Virus record (IMG/VR): IMGVR_UViG_3300025723_000076
Coordinates: 1 to 41,847 of that record
Strand: one strand, 5' to 3'
DNA: 41,847 bases
Source of the DNA: a virus
Lineage: Duplodnaviria; Caudoviricetes
Part shown: positions 26,256-37,124 of the stretch, piece by piece
Position numbering within the stretch: the stretch's first letter is position 1
Layout: every line of letters starts with the position of its first letter
Position numbers and translations under genes: made by a program
The notes under the pieces: generated by a model
What the model saw: only the letters and a program-made list of their open reading frames with translations
Told to the model about the DNA's origin: nothing
The model's database searches: none

Positions 26256-27407
26256 TTAAATTTTAAATAATTTTAAATTATTGTGTATTTGTTCTAGTGG
26301 ATCGTCCCAATTTCCTATAGAGGGTTGACGAAAAATTCTGCAGGAAGGATACCATGGACTGTCTTTACGGTTAAGTAACCAGCGCCAGTCTGTAGCAAAA
26401 TGGTTTAATGGCAACCAAAATGGTCTACCTACAGCACCAGACAAATGACCAACCGCAGTATCTACTGCTATTACTACATCAAGATGATGTATTAGCCCAG
26501 CGGTATCATTCCAATTACCTATGCTAGCAGGATATACAACAACTCCTGCTTCTGCTAATTGATTTTGTTCATCTAAGGTGCATTCAACTTGTAAATTAAT
26601 CCATTCATAGTTGGGATTTCTTTTAATTAAATTTAACATTTTTTCAAACGGAATAGCTTTGTGTTGGTTAATCCAACTGTCTCTGCGCCCACTCCAACAG
26701 AATCCCACACGCAAACGCTTTTTTAGCCCTAGTTTAGTTGCCCAAGTTTGTATTACATCTTTACTAGGAGTTAGATATTGCAGTTTATGGGGCAAATTAT
26801 CATAGGTAATAGACAAAAATCCCGGCAAACTCATAATGGGACTCCAGTAATCAAATTCAGGAATCAAATCTGCTGGGCCTAAGATAACAACAGAGTTTGT
26901 AAATGAATTAGTTAGTAAAGGTTTTAAATTATTATCTACTGTGATATAAACTTTAGCACCTAAACGTACTAATTGTTCAGCAAAGCGACAAAATTGTATA
27001 GTATCACCATGCCCTTGCTCACCTGTAACCAGTATAGATTTACCCGTTAAATCTTGTCCTTGCCAACGCGGTTGTGAAAATTGGGGCAATTGTCCGTTTA
27101 AATGTTCAAACTGCCAACGTCTTTCGTATTGCTTCCATCCCTTTTCTAAATCTCCCGCCAATAAATATGCTACTGCAAGATTAAATTGTGCAACAGAGTC
27201 ATTTTCATTAATAGCAATAGCATTCAATAAAAACCCGATTGCACGGTCTGGATAACCCATTTCACGTATTACATTACCGTAATTATTGTAAGCCGCTCCC
27301 ATATCAGGATTTTGCACAAATGCTTGTGCATAACAAGCAATTGCTTTTTCGGGTTCTGAGTTTGCACGAAAATTATTTCCGTGAGCGATAAGTTCTTCTG
27401 GTGTCAT
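26256..27407 (-). CDS. TPR-repeat glycosyltransferase (GT-B, GT9/heptosyltransferase-like)
   Basis: N-terminal TPRs (AYNNYGNV, AQFNLAVAYL), EQGHGDTIQF, SPIMSLP, VGFCWSG, LDVVIAVDTAVGHLSGA, DWRW...SPWYPS.RIFRQ. Confidence 0.85.
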   Translation of the reverse strand: MTPEELIAHGNNFRANSEPEKAIACYAQAFVQNPDMGAAYNNYGNVIREMGYPDRAIGFLLNAIAINENDSVAQFNLAVAYLLAGDLEKGWKQYERRWQFEHLNGQLPQFSQPRWQGQDLTGKSILVTGEQGHGDTIQFCRFAEQLVRLGAKVYITVDNNLKPLLTNSFTNSVVILGPADLIPEFDYWSPIMSLPGFLSITYDNLPHKLQYLTPSKDVIQTWATKLGLKKRLRVGFCWSGRRDSWINQHKAIPFEKMLNLIKRNPNYEWINLQVECTLDEQNQLAEAGVVVYPASIGNWNDTAGLIHHLDVVIAVDTAVGHLSGAVGRPFWLPLNHFATDWRWLLNRKDSPWYPSCRIFRQPSIGNWDDPLEQIHNNLKLFKI

Positions 27408-27412
27408 AATAA

Positions 27413-27420
27413 TATTTACT
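27413..27420 (-). promoter_or_regulatory. Late promoter-like box AGTAAATA, 5 nt before the glycosyltransferase ATG
   Basis: tatttact on + strand, no SD. Confidence 0.5.
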
Positions 27421-27455
27421 GTTGTTAAGCAGGCATATTAAAAAAATTGATATTT

Positions 27456-27463
27456 CATAAATA
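27456..27463 (+). promoter_or_regulatory. Late promoter-like box CATAAATA
   Basis: TAAATA core ahead of a ~90-nt structured leader. Confidence 0.6.
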
Positions 27464-27469
27464 ATATTA

Positions 27470-27558
27470 TACAAGCAATTCTGCTTTTATGCTGATGAAT
27501 AAACCCAGCAGCGTAGTCGGCTAGAACCGACATTGGACTTCTTTAAGGAGAAAAAAAC
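27470..27558 (+). promoter_or_regulatory. Structured 5' leader (three small hairpins before the SD)
   Basis: AAGCA/TGCTT 27473-86, TGCTG/CAGCA 27490-510, GTCGG/CCGAC 27516-31, TAAGGAG 27544-50. Confidence 0.45.
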
Positions 27559-28530
27559 ATGGGTCGTCCTTTAAAAATACAAAAATTGAATAATTCAATT
27601 CCAACTGACATTGGTTTTAATAGCTTTGCAAATTTAGATCCAAACACAGCAGTAATTCCAGTCGGAATGACATCTACAGAATTCTTGGGAGTAGTTGGTG
27701 GTAGTAATACTAATATCGCTACATCAACGTTTCCGGTAGTTGCTATTACTGCCAATGTTAATGGGCAACAAGGCGCTGCACACATTGTCACACAAAAAGG
27801 TCAAACAAAATATTTGGTAGCTGGTGAAGATTCAGTATATGCTAACAGTCTTACACAGGGATTTTCATATCAAATCACTAACTTAGGTACTACAAATTGG
27901 ACTAAAGTTGGCGCAGGTATTAATCCACAAGTAGGACAAGTGTTTACTGCCAATGTTCCTTTAGGAACAGGATCAGGAACAGGTACAGCAAGTGATTGTG
28001 GTCAATGTATACTGGTAACAAGTAATACTATTAGTTCTGGTCAAATGTACATGACATTTAATGTTAACGGTAGTACTCAATATGCCAGTCGTTTAACAAA
28101 CAAATACATATTTGACAGTGCAAATAATCGTTATGCAGTTAATTTCTTTGTTGCTGGATCAACAACTCCTGTTTCACTGGCTAACGTTGGTATAACTGGT
28201 AATGCAGGAACATTTAGTTGTTCAAACACATCGATTACTACTGGTGAATTGATCACTGTTTCGGGTACATTGACAGGTAATGCTACTGGAAATATTACTG
28301 GGTATACAAACCCAACAATTTATTATATCACTACTACAAATGGAATTAACACCTTTACATTGAGTGCTACTGAAGGTGGTGCTAACATTGTTACTACTAC
28401 TGGCAATACACCAGGATTAACTTTTGCTACTACAAGTTCAACAACAGCCAAATCTGGTGCAGATATCGCTACTTGGACTAATGGCACCGGAAATCTTACT
28501 TTAGGACAGGTAAACAATTATACTTCGTGA
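27559..28530 (+). CDS. Probable virion structural protein (T/G/N-rich, beta-rich modules)
   Basis: MGRPLKIQK start, strong SD, own late box and terminator. C-terminal module resembles an insert in 28665-35816. Confidence 0.7.
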   Translation: MGRPLKIQKLNNSIPTDIGFNSFANLDPNTAVIPVGMTSTEFLGVVGGSNTNIATSTFPVVAITANVNGQQGAAHIVTQKGQTKYLVAGEDSVYANSLTQGFSYQITNLGTTNWTKVGAGINPQVGQVFTANVPLGTGSGTGTASDCGQCILVTSNTISSGQMYMTFNVNGSTQYASRLTNKYIFDSANNRYAVNFFVAGSTTPVSLANVGITGNAGTFSCSNTSITTGELITVSGTLTGNATGNITGYTNPTIYYITTTNGINTFTLSATEGGANIVTTTGNTPGLTFATTSSTTAKSGADIATWTNGTGNLTLGQVNNYTS

Positions 28531-28587
28531 TTATAACAACTGATTCCATATAGGATGAAGAAATAGTTCTTAACTTAGGTTAAGTTT

Positions 28588-28613
28588 AATCCCCTGTAAA
28601 AAGGGGATTTTTT
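28588..28613 (+). terminator. Intrinsic terminator
   Basis: AATCCCCT-GTAAAA-AGGGGA followed by T6. Confidence 0.8.
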
Positions 28614-28637
28614 ATGATTTGGACATTTAAATATTGG

Positions 28638-28645
28638 CATAAATA
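28638..28645 (+). promoter_or_regulatory. Late promoter-like box CATAAATA
   Basis: TAAATA core before AAGGA and the ATG at 28665. Confidence 0.6.
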
Positions 28646-28664
28646 ATAAAAAGGATTCGTTCTA

Positions 28665-31600
28665 ATGGCTTCGGTTAAAAATGTCAATACTAATTATACG
28701 TTAAATGTAGGGCCTGCGCTGGCAAATGGGTTTCCAAACGGCAACGGTATATTTACGATTAATGCTCAAACTGTTTTTAAAGGTAATGTAACGTATGAAG
28801 TTCCTGCCACTACAGTTTCACCTTTTATAACTGTAGCAGCTAATAATACCGGTTCTATCACAGACATGGGACTATTGGCTCAAATTGCGCCAAATACATT
28901 TGCTGGTTTTAGATTTGATACTTCTGCCAATACATGGCAAATAAGTTCTAGTGTCAATGCAGACGGATCTCCAATTACTGCTTATTCAAATATTACCGGC
29001 GCAACTGCTAGCGGCCCAAACAATGCAATTCAAATTAATAACAATGGTATATTCGCAGGTTCAGGCAATTTAATATTTGATCCGTCAACAAATTTATTAT
29101 CATTAACTGGAAATGAAATTGTTTCTGGTAACGTCACAGCAAACTATTTTATTGGCAACGGATCAAAATTAACACAAATTAGTGGCAGTAATATACAAGG
29201 TACAGTAGCTAATGCGTATTATGCAGATATAGCCAATATAGCCTATGTTGCCAATACTGCTGATACTGCATATACCGCTGCTTATGTTACTGCTGCTAAT
29301 CAATCAAATATTAGAACTGTTGGTATATTATCTAATTTAACTGTATCTGGAAATATTGTTGGATTTGGTACATTATCAATCGCCGGTGCTGTAAATCTTG
29401 CAAGTTCTGCAAATATAGCAAGTGCAAATATTGCTGGTAATTTATCTATTGGCGGCAATATAAACAGTGATATAATTACAACAGGAAATATCAGTGCTGC
29501 TGGAGAAATAAGTGCTGCGGGAAATATTACTGGAAATTATTTCTTTGGCAATGGTAGTCAATTAACAGGTGTTGCTGCAACTACTTCGACTGCAATTACA
29601 AATGGCAATACTATTGTACGTGCTTATTTGGATGGAAATGTCACTGCTAACATAAGCGGTATTTCTAACGTTATTGTTTGGGCACCAGATGGTGAATATG
29701 TAACTGGAAATATTAATCTTTCAAATAATATATCTGCTGGTGGTAATATCCTAGCTACTGGAAATTTAGTTGCTGAAGCTAGTATTACTGCTCTCGGTAA
29801 TATTGTTGCAAACGGTAATATCTTAGCTCAAGGTAATATTACTGCCGTTGGAAATTTAGTTGCTGAAACGAATGTAACTGCACAAGGGAATGTAGTTGCA
29901 TATGGCAACTTAGTAGCACAACAAAATATTACGGCACTTGGTAATATCATTGCATATGGTAATACTTTAACAGAAGGTGACATTACGGCACTTGGTAATA
30001 TTTTAACCTTGTCCAACTTTAGTGCAGCTGGCAATCTTACAATTTCTAAAGATTCCTCATTAGTTGGTAATACATATATTGGTACTAATTTATCTATCGG
30101 CGGAACAGTAGTTAGTAATATTAGTACCACTGGACAAATCAGTGCCGTTGGTAACATTACTGTCAATCCAGGAAGTTATTTTATCGGTAACGGAAGTCAG
30201 TTAACGGGAGTAGCAGCTACCACCGCTACTGCAATCACTAATGGAAATACTCAAGTATATGCTTATTTAAATGGTAATGTCACTGCCAATATTACCGCAC
30301 ATAGTAGCAATATTGTATTGTCTAATTTCCAAGTTTCAAATACATCTGGATTGTGTACTTTTGATAATAGTCCTGGGATAAACCCAACTATATATGTAAA
30401 TGATCATATTACTATTTCAGGTATTAATACCGGACCTGGTAATATAACAGGATATGATAATTATACTGCGACTGTAACCGGAGTTTTTAGTGACGGCACT
30501 AATGTAACATTAACAGTTTCAAATTTAAGCGGGCCTGCTTTTCCTGTTGGGGGACGAATTGAAGTTGCTGGTGTAACTCCTGGCGATTATAACGGTGATT
30601 TTACCACAACCGGTAGTACAGCAAATACAGTAACTTACATATCATCTACTCCTGCTACTGGATTCAGTATAATTAGTGCATCGGGAACAGGCGCTACAGC
30701 AACATTGACATTTGCTACACAAACAACTCCCCCGTTTTCTATAGGTAGCACAATTAATGTATCGGGAGTTACCCCGTCTGATTTCAATGGAAGTTATGTT
30801 GTTACTGGTTGTACAACTAATTCAGTAAGCTATGCATCTAATCTAATTATTAATGGTACTGGCGGATTTGTTAACGGAACATTGGGTAGCAGCGGACTTG
30901 TTACTGGTATAACAGTATATGACTATTATGTTATCGATAGTTCGGGTTCGGGATTTGTATTAAGCGAAACATTAGGTGGCGCACCAGTTACATCGACTAC
31001 AGGCTTGATGACAGGGATAACTGCCACGGTTATATACAGTACAGTTGATAATGTTATTGTATGGTCTCCAACTGGGGAATATGTAAAAGGTGAAATCAGT
31101 GCAACTGGTAATTTAACTGCTGATGGTAGTTTAGTTATTGGCGGCAATATATCTGGCGGAGGCTCTTTATCAGTACCAGGAGATATATCTGGAGGTGGAA
31201 ATTTATATGTTCCTGGTAATATTACTGCACCAGGCGCAGATACACAAATTGTATACAATAATAATGGAAATTTAGCAGCCGGAACTGGACTTACCTTTGA
31301 TTATACCACAGGCGCATTCAGTGCAGCTGGTAATATTTCATCTGGTGGATATTTATTTGGTAATGGTAGTCAATTAACAGGTGTAGCAGCGCAAACTGCT
31401 ACTGCAATTACAAATGGCAATACACAGGTATATGCTTATTTGGATGGAAATGTCACTGCTAACATAAGTGGTGTACCTAACGTTATTGTTTGGGCACCAG
31501 ATGGCGAATATATAACAGGAAACCTCAGCGTTAGTGGTGAGATATACGGCAATGGTAATTTAATTATTAATAATATATCCTCTGGTGGAAATATTACATC

Positions 31601-34600
31601 AGTTGGAAATATTATAACACAAGCTAGTATCAGTGCTTCAGGCAATATCGTTGCAAACGGTAACATTTTAGCGCAAGGTAATATTACCGCTGCAGGAAAC
31701 GTAGTTGCTGAGGCAGATGTTACTGCACAGGGTAATGTACATGCTATTGCTAACATTTATGTGGGTGCCAATGCATATATTACACAAAATGCTTATATTA
31801 CTGGGGATTTAGTTGTTACTGGAAATACAAAATCTCCAGGTTTAAATACACAGATTTTATATAATGACACTGGAAATATAGCAGGTAATTCTGCGTTTAC
31901 ATTTAACCCAATATCGAATGTATTGTTTGTCAACGGAAACATTACAGCTAATACAGGAAGTTATTTTATTGGTAACGGTAGCCAATTGACAGGCGTCGCT
32001 GCCACTACTGCTACAGCAATTACGAATGGCAATACACAGGTATATGCAGCATTAAATGGTAACGTTCATGCTAACATAAATGATGTAGCCAATGTTATTG
32101 TTTGGGCACCAGATGGTGAATATGTAACTGGAAATATTAATGCTAGTAATAATATATCTGCTGGTGGTAATATAACTAGTCAAGGAAATTTAAGCTCATA
32201 TAATATTACCGCTGGAGGTAAATTCACTGGCGATGGAAGCGGAATAACTAATATTCAAGGATCCCAAGTTGTAGGACCAGTGTTAGAAGCATCTGCGGCA
32301 CAAACTGCAAATTATGCTGGCTCTGCAGGAACTGCTGGCACTGTAACTGATGCAGCGCAAGGAAATATTACAAGTTTGGGTGTATTAGATTACTTGAGTG
32401 TTATTGGTAATATTACCACACAAAGTTATTTTATTGGTAATTTTATCGGAAACGTTTCTGCAAACATAAAATCTCCTGGTTCCAATACCCAAGTTATATT
32501 TAATAATAGCGGATTACTTGGTGCAAGTCCTGGATTTACTTTTGACCAGTCATCTAATATATTAAGTGTTGCTGGCAATATAGTTGGCAATGGGTTATAC
32601 ATTAATAAAGACGCTACGATATTAGGTAATTTAGATGTGCAAGGTAATGTAACATTTATCGATAGTAATGTTGTTGTTACTGATGATTTATATGTAGTAT
32701 TGGCCAATAATCAAACTTCTTACAATAATATCGATGGCGCCGGTTTAGAAGTAGGCAATGCAGGTACAGGATCACTAACAAATTGGACATATAGTACTGT
32801 TGCAAATGCCTGGACCACAAACGTTGGAATTAGTGCAACTGCTAATGTAACTGGTGGAAATATTGCAACTAGTGGTGTTATTAGTGCTTCGGGCAATATA
32901 CAAACAACTGGTAATTTAACTGGTGGAAATATTGCAACTAGTGGAGTTATTAGTGCTTTAGGCAATATACAAACAACCGGTAATTTAACTGGCGGAAATA
33001 TCGCAACTAGCGGAACAGTAAGTGCGTTAGGCGATGTACTAACAAACGGAAATGTATCAGCCGTTGGATTTGTCTGTGCTGTAGGAAATGTGGTAGGCGG
33101 AAATTTAATAACAGACGGTGCATTAAGCGTAGCTGGAAATGTAACTGGCGGTAATGTAATTACATCGGGTACAGTAAGTGCTACCGGAAATATAACTGGT
33201 GGAAATTTAGCAGCTAGCGGTACTATAAGTGCATTAGGCGATATACAAACAACAGGTAACTTAACAGCAGCTGGATTTGTCTGTGCTGTTGGAAATATAG
33301 TTGGTGGAAATTTAGCGGCTAGCGGTACTATAAGTGCATTTGGTGACTTACAGACCAGCGGCAATGTATCGGCTATTGGATTTGTCTGTGCAGTAGGAAA
33401 CGTAGTTGGTGGAAATTTAATAACTAGCGGAAATATCAGTGCTAGCGGAAATATAGCAGGTAACTATTTCTTTGGAAATGGAAGCCAACTAACTGGTATT
33501 ATTACCACAGTATCAAATGTAATAAACGGCAACAGTAACGTAAACATTGACAGTGCCAATGCAAATGTAACTATTTCAGTCAGCACAATTGGCAATGTTG
33601 CGGTGTTTAGTCCATCCGGAGTTAGTATATTAGGTAATATTTCAAGCAATGGAAATATTACATCTGGTGGCGATATCAGTGCTGTTGGTAATATAGTTGG
33701 CAACGGATTATTCATTAATAATGATGCTACTATATTGGGTAATTTAAATGTACAAGGCAACATTACATTTATTGACAGTAACGTTATTGTTACAAATGAT
33801 TTATATGTACAATTAGCCAACAATCAATCAACTTATGCTAATATTAACGGTGCTGGGTTACAAGTAGGGCCAAACTCAGCCCCATTAACAAATTGGACTT
33901 ATAATTATCCTGCCAATTCCTGGACTACAAATGTTGGAATTAGTGCCAGTGGTAATATAGCAGGCAATTATTTCTTTGGTAATGGAAGTCAATTAACTGG
34001 TATTGCGGTAACTGATAATATCACATTTAGTAATACCACTATCAGTACAAGCATATTAAATGCCAATATATATTTGGCTCCTACTGGGTCTGGTGTAGTT
34101 GTTATTGCTAATACTTCTGGCGGTGCAACAGGAATACAATTAGGTTCAAATACCGCTGGCCAATTCATATCTAATGCAGTGACATTAACTTCAAATACTT
34201 CAGTCACAAATGGTATTGCTGAATTAAATCAAGTGTTAGGCAAATTAGTCCCGCCACAGCCTCCAACTTTTGGGGCAAACACTCCGATATCTATCACATC
34301 AGCTACTACAGCGGCTCGTATGTGTTCAAGTTTCACGCAACCTAATAATACAACAACTGGAAATAAAGCAGTGCCGGCTGGTACGCTAGTAAATGTTCTG
34401 CGTAGTTCTACGTATTCTACAAATTCTATTGCTAACGTTGGTCCAGGTGATAACGGAACATTGACGGTGTTATTAAATTCCAATAACGCAGGAACAGTTA
34501 ATTTTAATCCTGAGGCAAGTCCAACTGCTAACGGAGTATATAGCAATTTGGTAATTACAAATAACGAAGATTATCATTATGCCAATGCTAATATTATATA

Positions 34601-35816
34601 CGGTTTTTGGTACGTGTTTACATCTCAGGCTACAGGTTCTGCACCATCTGGGTGGAATGAAATTTATCTTTCAGATTCTGTTACATCAAATACAAATACA
34701 GTAGGATGGTATTATGATTCTGCTACCGTAGCCGCTCCAGTATTTTCGTCAACAACAATTGCCCCAAGCACTACCAGCTTAACGTATTCAAGCACTATTC
34801 CTCATTATAATTCAGGAACAGTATTTTCACTGGCATTTAATGTGAATAATCTCAGTGGCAATATGTATCCAAACAACGGCAATCTTTTAACAAATTCTAC
34901 TACTGCTGGTGGAGCATTTACCGCTCCAGCTACAGTAAGTTATTCTGCAGCGGGGATTACAGTGCCATTGACACAAAATCTATATGTAGGGTCAGGAAAT
35001 GCTAGTGCATCAACTACAGCAAATATTATATCTGGCTTTGGTAGTAGTAACAGTGGCCCAAACATTGTTGTTACAAATAGTTATGCTTCATCGACACATA
35101 CATTTAGTCCTGCAAACACAGTATTGTATAAAACAGGAACAGGTACTGCGATTGATGAATCTAATATTGTTATTGGATCTACTATTGGTTCAGGATCAGG
35201 CAACGCATATCGAATTGTAAATCCAGGAAGTGGTAACACTCCGGTATTTACAGGATCAGAAGCACAATTTAATAGTCAAACAGGCCCATTTTATTCATAT
35301 GATGCTACTGTAGTAGGATCAGGAACACAAGGTATATTGAAATTTGATAAAACAAATTATGCAAGCGGAGCATATTTACCAGTAGGTCCGAATCTTACTG
35401 CACAAGGATCTGATCAATATTTTACATTTAAATTTATTCGCTCGTCCACAAGTAAATTTGATATAGCAATTACAGGAACTGTTGCTGGGGTTTGGGTCGC
35501 TTTACCAGGTAGTATATTTGACACAACTCAAGGCAGTTTAGGTCCTACATCAGGATTAAATGGATGGTTGACTATGAGCTTACCTTATGGAGGTGCTGGT
35601 GCACCTGGATCTAATTCAGCTAATGGTGGTAACGGATCAGACGGATGTAGTTTAGGCAGTTCAATTCCGTTGAATACACCTATTTCAGGTAGTTATACAT
35701 GTACTTTTGGAACTGTATCCAGTACCAACACAGCTACAAACGAAATTTATGTGCGAATTCGACTTACTGCGGGTCAAAGCGTAACGGCACTTTCATTACA
35801 AACAGCGAGTAACTAA
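28665..35816 (+). CDS. Giant (2383 aa) repetitive tail-fibre/adhesin-like protein
   Basis: Hexapeptide-like GN(I/V/L)(T/S)A repeats, recurring YF(I/F)GNGSQLTG and NVIVWAPDGEY modules, 69-bp repeats near 32850-33000, non-repetitive C-terminal region, very few K/R. Confidence 0.8.
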   Translation: MASVKNVNTNYTLNVGPALANGFPNGNGIFTINAQTVFKGNVTYEVPATTVSPFITVAANNTGSITDMGLLAQIAPNTFAGFRFDTSANTWQISSSVNADGSPITAYSNITGATASGPNNAIQINNNGIFAGSGNLIFDPSTNLLSLTGNEIVSGNVTANYFIGNGSKLTQISGSNIQGTVANAYYADIANIAYVANTADTAYTAAYVTAANQSNIRTVGILSNLTVSGNIVGFGTLSIAGAVNLASSANIASANIAGNLSIGGNINSDIITTGNISAAGEISAAGNITGNYFFGNGSQLTGVAATTSTAITNGNTIVRAYLDGNVTANISGISNVIVWAPDGEYVTGNINLSNNISAGGNILATGNLVAEASITALGNIVANGNILAQGNITAVGNLVAETNVTAQGNVVAYGNLVAQQNITALGNIIAYGNTLTEGDITALGNILTLSNFSAAGNLTISKDSSLVGNTYIGTNLSIGGTVVSNISTTGQISAVGNITVNPGSYFIGNGSQLTGVAATTATAITNGNTQVYAYLNGNVTANITAHSSNIVLSNFQVSNTSGLCTFDNSPGINPTIYVNDHITISGINTGPGNITGYDNYTATVTGVFSDGTNVTLTVSNLSGPAFPVGGRIEVAGVTPGDYNGDFTTTGSTANTVTYISSTPATGFSIISASGTGATATLTFATQTTPPFSIGSTINVSGVTPSDFNGSYVVTGCTTNSVSYASNLIINGTGGFVNGTLGSSGLVTGITVYDYYVIDSSGSGFVLSETLGGAPVTSTTGLMTGITATVIYSTVDNVIVWSPTGEYVKGEISATGNLTADGSLVIGGNISGGGSLSVPGDISGGGNLYVPGNITAPGADTQIVYNNNGNLAAGTGLTFDYTTGAFSAAGNISSGGYLFGNGSQLTGVAAQTATAITNGNTQVYAYLDGNVTANISGVPNVIVWAPDGEYITGNLSVSGEIYGNGNLIINNISSGGNITSVGNIITQASISASGNIVANGNILAQGNITAAGNVVAEADVTAQGNVHAIANIYVGANAYITQNAYITGDLVVTGNTKSPGLNTQILYNDTGNIAGNSAFTFNPISNVLFVNGNITANTGSYFIGNGSQLTGVAATTATAITNGNTQVYAALNGNVHANINDVANVIVWAPDGEYVTGNINASNNISAGGNITSQGNLSSYNITAGGKFTGDGSGITNIQGSQVVGPVLEASAAQTANYAGSAGTAGTVTDAAQGNITSLGVLDYLSVIGNITTQSYFIGNFIGNVSANIKSPGSNTQVIFNNSGLLGASPGFTFDQSSNILSVAGNIVGNGLYINKDATILGNLDVQGNVTFIDSNVVVTDDLYVVLANNQTSYNNIDGAGLEVGNAGTGSLTNWTYSTVANAWTTNVGISATANVTGGNIATSGVISASGNIQTTGNLTGGNIATSGVISALGNIQTTGNLTGGNIATSGTVSALGDVLTNGNVSAVGFVCAVGNVVGGNLITDGALSVAGNVTGGNVITSGTVSATGNITGGNLAASGTISALGDIQTTGNLTAAGFVCAVGNIVGGNLAASGTISAFGDLQTSGNVSAIGFVCAVGNVVGGNLITSGNISASGNIAGNYFFGNGSQLTGIITTVSNVINGNSNVNIDSANANVTISVSTIGNVAVFSPSGVSILGNISSNGNITSGGDISAVGNIVGNGLFINNDATILGNLNVQGNITFIDSNVIVTNDLYVQLANNQSTYANINGAGLQVGPNSAPLTNWTYNYPANSWTTNVGISASGNIAGNYFFGNGSQLTGIAVTDNITFSNTTISTSILNANIYLAPTGSGVVVIANTSGGATGIQLGSNTAGQFISNAVTLTSNTSVTNGIAELNQVLGKLVPPQPPTFGANTPISITSATTAARMCSSFTQPNNTTTGNKAVPAGTLVNVLRSSTYSTNSIANVGPGDNGTLTVLLNSNNAGTVNFNPEASPTANGVYSNLVITNNEDYHYANANIIYGFWYVFTSQATGSAPSGWNEIYLSDSVTSNTNTVGWYYDSATVAAPVFSSTTIAPSTTSLTYSSTIPHYNSGTVFSLAFNVNNLSGNMYPNNGNLLTNSTTAGGAFTAPATVSYSAAGITVPLTQNLYVGSGNASASTTANIISGFGSSNSGPNIVVTNSYASSTHTFSPANTVLYKTGTGTAIDESNIVIGSTIGSGSGNAYRIVNPGSGNTPVFTGSEAQFNSQTGPFYSYDATVVGSGTQGILKFDKTNYASGAYLPVGPNLTAQGSDQYFTFKFIRSSTSKFDIAITGTVAGVWVALPGSIFDTTQGSLGPTSGLNGWLTMSLPYGGAGAPGSNSANGGNGSDGCSLGSSIPLNTPISGSYTCTFGTVSSTNTATNEIYVRIRLTAGQSVTALSLQTASN

Positions 35817-37124
35817 ATGACCATTCCAGCATCACAATATGTAGATTTATTAATTAAAAAATTAGATGGTGTAGCAAAAACTGATACTGCCACTAACAAA
35901 AGCCCATCTAACGAAAATATTCCTAGTCCTGAATTAAATCGTGGTGATACTGTTTGGACGCAGGCCAATCAAATTCCAAGTATTGCAGTGGCTACAGCAA
36001 ATCTTGTTGCTTCACATCTTAATGGCACGGCTGTTCAGTGTGTAGCAGATACTACTACCGTGCCTATTGGCGGAATTTATCCTACATGGTTAACTAATAT
36101 TACTGAGTGGATTCCCCCTGAATTTGGATCAACATATTCAGTACAAGCATATATTGGTCCGCCAAATGCTGCAAATATTGTGGCTACTGGTACATTTATT
36201 TCGTCTGCTGGAGAAGCAGGGGTAGGGGAATTCTTTTTTGATTACCAAGCAGGATTATTAAACTTTATTGGCGAAACAATTCCCGCACAGCTTACCTCAG
36301 GTAATGTAGTTTATATCACAGGATATAACTACACGGGATTGACAGGTGTTACAAATCTTCCAAATAATACAAATATTGGAAATATTGTAATTGCCAACAC
36401 TTCTATTGCTGCTAATAATTCTAATTTAATAGTTTTTAGTAGCAATACAGGCGTAGGAATTCCAGTTGGTAATACTGCACAACGTCCAAGTAATCCCCCT
36501 ATAGGTACAACACGATTTAATTCATCGTTAGACAGTATTGAAACTTGGAATGGCACATCATGGATCACTGGCGGTGGTAATACTATTATTCCAGGTGCTA
36601 TTGTAGACCAACAAATTATCCCAACTGGTGCAGATTCTTATACATTATTACAAAATACCACTAGTTCTGGGGTTATGGTGTCGATTAATGGTGTAAATCA
36701 GTTACCTAACGTAGCATACGACGTTACAGGAAATGTGATTACATTTACTCAAACCCCGCAACCAACTGATTTAATAGATATTAGATTTATTACATATCTT
36801 ACTACAGTATCTATGTTGACTAATATCAGTGGCAATAGTTCTGTGGTGGTAAACAACGACGGAACCATTCAATTTACCACAGCAAATATATCATTTGCAT
36901 CAATGAATAATAGCTCATTGAGTGTAGTTGGTAATATATCAACTAACAAATCATTGATATCAACCCCTGTGCCCTATGCTAATTTAACCGCCGTATCTGG
37001 TGCTCGTGCATTTATTAATAATGGTAATTTAGCAGCAACTAATAACTTTGGTGCACGAGTTAGCGGGGGTGGGGCAAACACAGTTCCTGTATGGTCAGAT
37101 GGTGTTAATTGGTATATTGGATAA
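35817..37124 (+). CDS. Fibre-associated structural protein
   Basis: Abuts the preceding stop. IPVGNTAQRP...RFNSSLDSIETWNGTSW and VSINGVNQ...YDVTGNVITF modules are typical of phage fibre proteins. Confidence 0.72.
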   Translation: MTIPASQYVDLLIKKLDGVAKTDTATNKSPSNENIPSPELNRGDTVWTQANQIPSIAVATANLVASHLNGTAVQCVADTTTVPIGGIYPTWLTNITEWIPPEFGSTYSVQAYIGPPNAANIVATGTFISSAGEAGVGEFFFDYQAGLLNFIGETIPAQLTSGNVVYITGYNYTGLTGVTNLPNNTNIGNIVIANTSIAANNSNLIVFSSNTGVGIPVGNTAQRPSNPPIGTTRFNSSLDSIETWNGTSWITGGGNTIIPGAIVDQQIIPTGADSYTLLQNTTSSGVMVSINGVNQLPNVAYDVTGNVITFTQTPQPTDLIDIRFITYLTTVSMLTNISGNSSVVVNNDGTIQFTTANISFASMNNSSLSVVGNISTNKSLISTPVPYANLTAVSGARAFINNGNLAATNNFGARVSGGGANTVPVWSDGVNWYIG

